DNA of 64,000 nt, taken from Octopus sinensis (Eukaryota). Below the pieces are notes generated by a model. That model was not told the origin of the DNA and did no database searches. It saw nothing but the letters and a program-made list of their open reading frames with translations. Both the position numbers and the translations under genes were made by a program. Of this stretch, positions 54,183 through 64,000 are shown one piece after another. How positions within the stretch are numbered: position 1 is the stretch's first letter; each line of letters starts with the position of its first letter. Location: assembly GCF_006345805.1 (NCBI RefSeq), contig NC_042997.1, positions 185,070,001 to 185,134,000 of the forward strand. The letters run 5' to 3'.

Positions 54183-54555
54183 ACACACACACAACACACA
54201 CACACACAAACACACACGCACACATGCACTTAACCAAATTCAGTGCAACTCACCACATGAGATGCTGCAAAACGAACATGACAGAATAATTCACAAGGAA
54301 GACTAATTCACATATGTGATTAATGAATAAAGCAATACTCTCTCTCTTTTTTACTCTTTTACTTGTTTAAGTCATTTGACTGCGGCCATGCTGGAGCACA
54401 GCCTTTAGTCGATCAAATCGACCCCGGGACTTATTATTTGTAAGCCCAGTACTTATTTTATCGGTCTCTTTTGCCGAACCGCTATGTTACGGGGACGTAA
54501 ACACACCAGCATCGGTTGTCAAGCAATGCTAGGGGGACAAACACCAGACACACAA

Positions 54556-54626
<71 letters not shown>

Positions 54627-54831
54627 GTGAAATAGAAAGATGAATAATCTTGTAGCAGATTAATCAAAAGTTTAACCGATACCTTGGTAGCAAAAATCAC
54701 AGCAGAAGACAGCACGGTTGGAGGTACAACCATATGGCGTTGCAACCGTGCGTTGGTGCGGATAATTGAATTTTAATATTATTAGTGAATTGAAGAAATG
54801 GAGCTGAACGAAGATTGAACAGAAATCGTTT

Positions 54832-54924
54832 TATTTCATTCTACACGTGTTTCGAAAGGCACAATTTACAAAAATCCGATTGAATAATGAGACCATATTG
54901 TGTCTTTCTCTTCAGGAAGAAATA
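54832..54924 (-). ncRNA. Minimal type I hammerhead ribozyme (intact consensus)
   Basis: UAUUUCUUC-CUGAAGA-GAAAGACACA..UGUGCCUUUC-GAAAC-ACGU-GUA-GAAUGAAAUA; cut between 54842 and 54841. Confidence 0.85.
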
Positions 54925-55012
54925 GGAAATCCGTTGGAAAAAACAAAAGAGGAGCCTAGTTCGATTTGTTTTGCTCCGCCTCTGTTCTGTTTTGTTTTTT
55001 CCAACGGATTTC

Positions 55013-55103
55013 TATTTCTTCCTGAAGAGAAAGACACAATATGGTCTCATTATTCAATGGATTTTGGTAAATGTGCCTTTCGAAACACGTGTAGAATGAA
55101 ATA
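55013..55103 (+). ncRNA. Minimal type I hammerhead ribozyme (intact consensus)
   Basis: Core CUGAAGA 55022-55028, 10-bp stem II with one A.C mismatch, GAAA 55082-55085, palindromic stem III ACACGUGU, GUA cut after 55093, 9-bp stem I with a bulged U. Confidence 0.85.
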
Positions 55104-55150
55104 AAAACGATTTCTGTTCAATCTTCGTTCAGCTCCATTTCTTCAATTCA

Positions 55151-55185
<35 letters not shown>

Positions 55186-55773
55186 GAAAGGCTTCTTTCA
55201 GTTTCCGTCTACCAACTCCACTCATAAGGCATTGGTCGGCCCGGGGCTATAGCAGAAGACACTTGCCCAAGATGCCACGCAGTGGGACTGAACCCGGAAC
55301 CATGTGGTTGGTTAGCAAGCTACTTACCACACAGCCACTCCTGCGCCTATAGAGAAATTTTGAATTGCTTTTTGTGGCTTGATTCCTTCAAAGTCACTCA
55401 GGTCAACAACATTTTTGTTGGAATTTAAATAATATGAATATATCTTGGATCATATGAGTGTGTTAGTATCAGCGTAAATATACGCAGGTGTTACATTTCA
55501 AGACACTCTGCGATCGGAGAAAATCCGCGAAGTAGAAACAGAAATGAACTGTATAACTTTCAAAACTAATTTTTATAATTTGCATATATTTTATTATAAA
55601 TACAAAACAACCTCACTGAGGAATCGACGTAAGCTTAGATAATAAACTGCGATAGGTGAACCGCGATAAGTGAACCGAGATATTGCGATGGATTATTGCT
55701 TATACGTACCTACATATAACACACACACACACACACTCACACAAACAAACACATATATATATACATACACATA

Positions 55774-56587
55774 CATTGTGCGATCGCTAAATTGTCCACA
55801 TATGATATTTTTATATCGCACATGCGCTTTGCTTGTTTTTGATTTTGTCGACTACACAGTAAAGTAGGGTCAGTTATGCACCATCTGTGAGAAAAACAGC
55901 ACCATGACGCAAATCGCTCTGCCAGATATTTGGAAACTGTATAGTGTCCTCCTTGGCATTCGTGCCGCATACTCCAGTGCGAATATTTCAGAGTGTTTGG
56001 GTGTCAATATGAGGATAATGCAATCTGAAGACATGTACTGAGAGTGATAAAAATCAAACATCCATTCAACATCGTGGTGTTTCGAGTGATCATTAGTGAT
56101 TGCACCGTTATGCCTCTATTTATCTTCCCACACGACCTAAGATTCAACACGGAGGCCTACATCAAATGCCTGGAGGTAGTGATGTCCTGCGTCAAGAGGG
56201 TGGCTGCTGGAAGACCATATGTTTGTCAACAGGATTCTGCACCATGCTACAGAAGAAGAAGAACCCAACATTGGCTGTCAGACAAATTCTGCGACCACAT
56301 CACTGCTAACATCTGACCACCTAATTCCCCAGGCTGCAGCATCCTTGATTATTATCTGTGGTGTGCAGTTGAGCGAAATACCAACAAAACTCCTTGTAGG
56401 ATCAAAGATGAACTGAAGGCAAGGATTATGGCAGCATTCACCATCTTAAACAAGGAAACCGTCCAGAAGAGTTGCAGGACATCTAGAGGCCGGGGTCGAA
56501 GTCAACAGCGATATTAATAAATAAATTTGCTCTTTAGTTATTTTCATTTTTGTGTAATTAAAACGGCAGTTTATTCACCGCAGCCTA
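55774..56587 (+). mobile_element. Second DD37D mariner-type deletion derivative
   Basis: D at 56233 (QQDSAP) and D at 56347 (ILDY) are separated by 37 codons; same internal deletion junction as the 47-kb copy. Confidence 0.85.
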
Positions 56588-56613
56588 TATCTATATCTCT
56601 ATCTATCTATTTT

Positions 56614-56681
<68 letters not shown>

Positions 56682-56703
56682 CTACTATCTATCTATCTAT
56701 CTA

Positions 56704-56752
<49 letters not shown>

Positions 56753-57244
56753 TATATATATAATATTACTATATATATATATATATATGGACTCGATTGA
56801 AAAAAAGATCAACGATTGAATTTTAATGTCGGGTGGAGCGATTCTTCATAATTTTGAATCTATGTATGAGTATATATGAAGGATGTGTAGTTAATGTTTA
56901 TAACAAAGCTTACATGATATTTTTGGAGACTTGGTTAGTGAAAAATTAAAAAAGAAAAGGTGTTTTCTGGGATTGTTGACTTGATGACATGTTAAAAAAG
57001 GTTGAATTTTTTAAAAATCAATTACAATAAACTGACGCTTTTAATCATTAAATGGCTACCAGTACTTTGGGGATTTGAGGGTTTTCGCCTTCCAAACTTA
57101 TGCAAATATGAAAAAATATATCATAAACATGTAAAAAATACATTTATAAAAATAAGAGAAATTTTTATTCAAAAATTAATTCTCCAGTCGAACAAAACCG
57201 GTGAATATTGCTAATGATGATGTTCTTATTATTCTTTCATTCTG

Positions 57245-57440
57245 TTATTCTTTTACTTTTTCAGTTAATTTACTGCAGCCATGCTGGAACACCTTCTTAA
57301 AGGGTTTTAGTCGAAGAAGTCGAACCTAGGACTTATTCTTTGTAAGTCTACTACGTATTCTATCGGTTCTCTTATGCTGAACCGCTAAGATACAGGGACA
57401 TAATTTACGAGGACACACAGCCGTACAGACACACAGACAC
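57245..57440 (-). mobile_element. Diverged SINE-A 3' half
   Basis: ctgcagccatgctggaacacc..gacttattctttgtaag. Confidence 0.7.
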
Positions 57441-57569
57441 AGCCAGCCAGACCGACAGACACACACACACACATACAGGCATACACACACACACACCACA
57501 CACACACAAATACACCTATAATGTTACTAATATTCCTGGAAAAACTTACTCTTAAACAGTCAACACACA

Positions 57570-57600
<31 letters not shown>

Positions 57601-58119
57601 TCTCTCTCATACACACACACAACATACACTCTCTCTTACTCTTTCTCTCTCTCTCTCTCTGTCTCTCTCGCGTATTCAAAGTCTTCCTAAACAATTTGGG
57701 GAAATCTGTAGCTAGAAACATTTTACGTCCATTCTTCCTTAAGTAGCCATTGAACAGCCGACGAAAAGCCTGTCAGACATTTAATGACTAAAAGCACCAA
57801 TTTATTGTGATTGATAAAAAGATTGACCTATTTTGACATGTCATCAAATCAACCATCCCATATATGCCTTTCATATATTTGCTTTTCTTTTTTACTTTTC
57901 CTTGCTTCTCTGTCCAAGCCTCCTAAATTTGCATATATGCTTTGTTTAAAAAGTCACTACGCAAACACACAGGACTAACTATATATATATAGATTCGTAC
58001 GAAAATAAATAGCCGCTTCCAAACATCCATTTTATAAATAAAAATTGAACTTTTGACATTCTTTAACTAACTCATACATACATACATACATACATACATA
58101 CAAAAGTATGAAGCATTGA

Positions 58120-60100
<1,981 letters not shown>

Positions 60101-60740
60101 AACAACAACAACAACAACTACAACAACGACGACGACGATGATGATGATTATGTTGATGATGATGATGATGATCATATCAGAATTTTTCAACGTTAAGTGC
60201 TTACAAAGAAACATACACATTTAACGTATACAAAAGATACACATACATACATACATAAAGGCTGATAGATACACATATAGATGATATAAAAGCAAAGTGG
60301 GGCATCTATACAATAAATTTGGTTTCGTGCAAAACTTATGATGCCATTTCTGACAATTTTTCTATTACATCTCCCCAACCAAACTTAATTCCATTTCAGT
60401 CTAAAACAAAACTAATAACATACACATTCCGTGCTCTTTCTACTTTGCATTGATGACTCAGTTAACGGCCAGATGGCCAATGCAACATAACAACTGAATG
60501 AGTCAAAGCAAACACGATTCAAACAGAGCTCCACACACTCCCCACACTTATTCGTCAGTGTGTTTGTTGTTTGTCTGCTATCTCGACTCATCTTTCCTTT
60601 TGTTTATAGTTTCCTGTACTTTCGAATTTGCGCGGTCAAACGCGTCTATCTCCGGATTAATCAGGTCATATGTACGTATTTACGTTCAGCTACAACAACA
60701 AAAAACTATAAAAACGACAGCAGCAGCAACAACAACAAGA

Positions 60741-60783
<43 letters not shown>

Positions 60784-60896
60784 TAGTCTTTATTTCAGAT
60801 TATAATATATACCAATGTGTCTTCTGCACATATTTAACTGAATGACAATATATATAGTGAGATTGCAGATGCAGATATACTTTATATATAAATATG

Positions 60897-61001
<105 letters not shown>

Positions 61002-61037
61002 TATATATATTATATAATATATATATATATATATATG

Positions 61038-61110
61038 TAGGTCCCGGGTTGAGTCGGGGTTAACCACAGTAAATAAGGTACTCAAAACATAGCAGAGAAG
61101 CTCCTTCTAT
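61038..61110 (+). repeat. Second copy of the 18182-18300 repeat, lacking the hammerhead
   Basis: tgtaggtcccgggttga..aaggtactcaa.acatagcaga joined directly to gaagctccttc. Confidence 0.8.
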
Positions 61111-61118
61111 AAAATAAA

Positions 61119-61161
<43 letters not shown>

Positions 61162-61176
61162 ATATTATATATATAT

Positions 61177-61245
<69 letters not shown>

Positions 61246-61481
61246 GTGTGTGTGTGTATACACAATATGTAAAGGAAAGAACCAAAGATCCGGAAAAGGT
61301 ATAAAAACAACTTTTAGGAACAATAGTGATTTATTGTCGTAGAAAGTTGTAAATTTTACCCATATCAAATTTCGATAAGCTGAAAAAAAAAGGTATTTTA
61401 TCGATCACGGTTAGTAACTAGGGTTGCTATGTATGCGAATGAAAATCCAAATTTAAATTTAAGGAATGGAAACTGGTAAAA

Positions 61482-61571
61482 TCCAGGCTACATATGTTTC
61501 ATAGCTAGCAGAACGTCGAATTTACTAATTACTCAACAGGGGGTACTCCACTAGCTACTCATCAGGCCGAA
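61482..61571 (-). ncRNA. Minimal type I hammerhead ribozyme
   Basis: UUCGGC-CUGAUGA-GUAGCUAG..CUAGCUAU-GAAAC-AUAU-GUA-GCCUGGA; 8-bp stem II (first pair G.U), palindromic stem III ACAUAUGU, cut between 61489 and 61488. Confidence 0.75.
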
Positions 61572-61654
61572 GACACCTTTGTTAAATGAGGGCCATATTG
61601 TCGGCAGGAGATCCCGAGTTAACTCACAGAAGATTTGATAGAAAATAGATTTGG

Positions 61655-61750
<96 letters not shown>

Positions 61751-61920
61751 ATATATATATATACTCCATTTTCTAACTTTGGATATATATAAACAAATGT
61801 TATCTATCTATCTATCTATCTATCTATCCATCCATCTTTATATGTATGTATATATATATATATATTTATATATATATAAAATATATGTATGTATATATAT
61901 GTATATATATATATATATAT

Positions 61921-62099
61921 ATTTGAATTATACCTACGTTAAACTCCATTTATTTATTTATATATTATACAAAACATTCCATGTAAACTCGAAGTTTCTA
62001 CCTTTAAAAACAAGGAGTTACAACCTCTTTACTTGTGTGATTTTTTGCTACTCTAGTAACTCTTTTTTCGTGTTAATTGTTAACAAGGAAAATTCACTC

Positions 62100-62137
<38 letters not shown>

Positions 62138-62959
62138 GAGTGTAACTCTTTTTTCGTGTTAATTGTTAACAAAGGACAATACACTCATCTATTTATATAT
62201 ATATATATATATATAATATATATATATATATATAATTAATTAACAATTGAGGATAAAATCTTTAAAAGAAATTATCAGTAGTCAGCGTGAAAAACCTCGT
62301 AAGAGAAAAAATCCGTAAAATCTTCCTCTTTGAAAATATTCATTTATATTATATTGAGGGTACTACTATTCGTAGATACCAACACGCTAAGAGGGACCAA
62401 TGCGGTCAAAACTACTAAAATAAACAAAATTTTACCGAATGCAAAACTTCAAAACACATCATTTTAAAAAAGAATTCAGTTACATATCACATGTGATTTC
62501 GCATTTAATGCAGAATATGCATTTCATGTTCGTCAGTGCAACAAACTCAAGAAATATAAGAAAAAACATAACATTACAAACTCGATAGCCAACCGTAGAA
62601 TTCGTCGTAGCTTGTACGAATGTTTATCCTTACATATCTATGAAAATGGCGGGCTTTTTCGCAATGCATTTCGGTGACAAATTGCCTAGTCGGAATAAAA
62701 ATTCAGTATTGAACTATTCCGGTGAAAAATATAAATTAACAATTGAGGATAAAATCTTTAAAAGAAATTATCAGTAGTCAGCGTGAAAAATCTCGTAAGA
62801 GAAAAAATCCGTAAATTCTTCCTCTTTGAAAATATTCATTTATATTATATTGAGGGTACTACTATTCGTATTTTGTTTATTTTTAGTAGTTTTGACCGCA
62901 TTGGTCCCTCTTAGCGTGTTGGTATCTACGAATAGTAGTACCCTCAATATAATATATAT

Positions 62960-63013
<54 letters not shown>

Positions 63014-63116
63014 ATATATATTGTTTTATTTATATTTCCTGAGCGCCATACTAATACAATTGTTCGTTTGTTTTCCACCTCCCTTCGTCTTTTGTTTATT
63101 TTCATAAAGCTTCCCG

Positions 63117-63166
<50 letters not shown>

Positions 63167-63357
63167 TAAATAGATGAGTGTATTTTCCTTTGTTAACAAT
63201 TAACACGAGAAAAGAGTTACTAGAGTAGCAAAAAATCACACAAGTAAAGAGGTTGTAACTCCTTGTTTTTAAAGGTAGAAACTTCGGGTTTACATGGAAT
63301 TTTTTGTATAATATATAAATAAATAAATGGAGTTTAACGTAGGTATAATTCAAATAC
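61921..63357. repeat. Nested direct and inverted repeat complex (PLE pLTR-like)
   Basis: Outer inverted pair 61921-62112 / 63162-63357; direct pair 62238-62374 / 62734-62870 (period 496); 62871-62956 is the reverse complement of 62345-62429. Confidence 0.8.
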
Positions 63358-63499
63358 TTTTACTTCCGACACATATTTCGAAGATTTCACTGATATTATT
63401 CCAAAGGAATAAATGTTTTGTCTCGGGTTCAACCCGAGCACCTTTTAAGCAGTTCTATATATTTCGTAAGAAAGAATATTATTATTATTATTATTATTA

Positions 63500-63540
<41 letters not shown>

Positions 63541-63683
63541 CATTTTATATATATATGTGTATATATAAACACTATATATGTGCGTGTGAGTGTGTGTACA
63601 TGTATATACACACATACACTCATGCGTACACACACATATAAAAATATACATACATATATGCAAGTATTTTGTATATATGTCTG

Positions 63684-63910
63684 GAGGGGTATGGCTTAGA
63701 AGTTAGGGGTATTGAACTCATAATCGTGAGATTGTGGTTTCTATTCTTGGACCTGGCATTGTGTCGTTTTCTTGAGTACCTTGCTCCAATCCTCTCAACT
63801 GACACAAATGAGTAATCCTGCGATGTCCCGGCGTCTCGTCCAGGGAGGAGGAGTATATACGCCAACGAATCTGCGAAATCGACCTTCTGAGCCTATGGCT
63901 CGGGAAAGAT
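63684..63910 (+). mobile_element. Old SINE related to SINE-C
   Basis: Decayed tRNA-like head; cctgcgatgtcccggcgtctcgtccaggg and ctgagcctatggctcgggaaag motifs. Confidence 0.5.
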
Positions 63911-64000
63911 CTTTGATCCCTTTTTGTATGTGTGTATGTATGTATGTATGTATGTATGTATGCATTATGTATATAAATATGTATGAACGTATGACTGTGT

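Larger units (their letters stand above)
54782..55154. repeat. 373-bp near-perfect palindrome carrying one HHR per arm
   Basis: ttagtgaattgaag... / ...cttcaattcactaa; arms about 170 bp. Confidence 0.9.
54348..55347 (-). mobile_element. SINE-A interrupted in its internal (TA)n by an insert of about 540 bp
   Basis: 3' half 54348-54580, 5' half 55183-55347. Confidence 0.85.

Noticed and set aside
62060-62200. AGAUGA-GUG..CAC-GAAA module
   Set aside because: C3/U4 are missing and there is no stem I; at best a relic.

Overview
Eukaryotic, AT-rich, microsatellite-saturated DNA with no confidently identifiable host gene. The SINE families and repeat load resemble Octopus (my recognition, no database check). 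Most listed ORFs are microsatellite artefacts. Real content: (i) three tRNA-derived SINE families (A, B, C); (ii) non-LTR retrotransposon pieces: a young 5'-truncated L1/Tx1-type copy with an open reading frame of about 468 codons and a 9-bp TSD, stacked R4/Dong-type RLE copies at (TAA)n, a HERO-like RLE relic, and two Penelope-like (PLE) GIY-YIG relics; (iii) DNA transposon relics: two DD37D mariner-type deletion derivatives, Helitron and Chapaev-like fragments, and a 394-bp MITE with an 8-bp TSD. The main hidden layer is type I hammerhead ribozyme (HHR) motifs, found by folding the sequence by hand. Five are intact or near-intact (12092-12146, 18245-18295, 54832-54924, 55013-55103, 61482-61571), including a back-to-back pair inside a 373-bp palindrome. 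A repeated CUGUUGA core variant and several relics also occur. The L1/Tx1 3' end shares 26 identical nt with the SINE-B tail, suggesting a SINE-LINE partnership.
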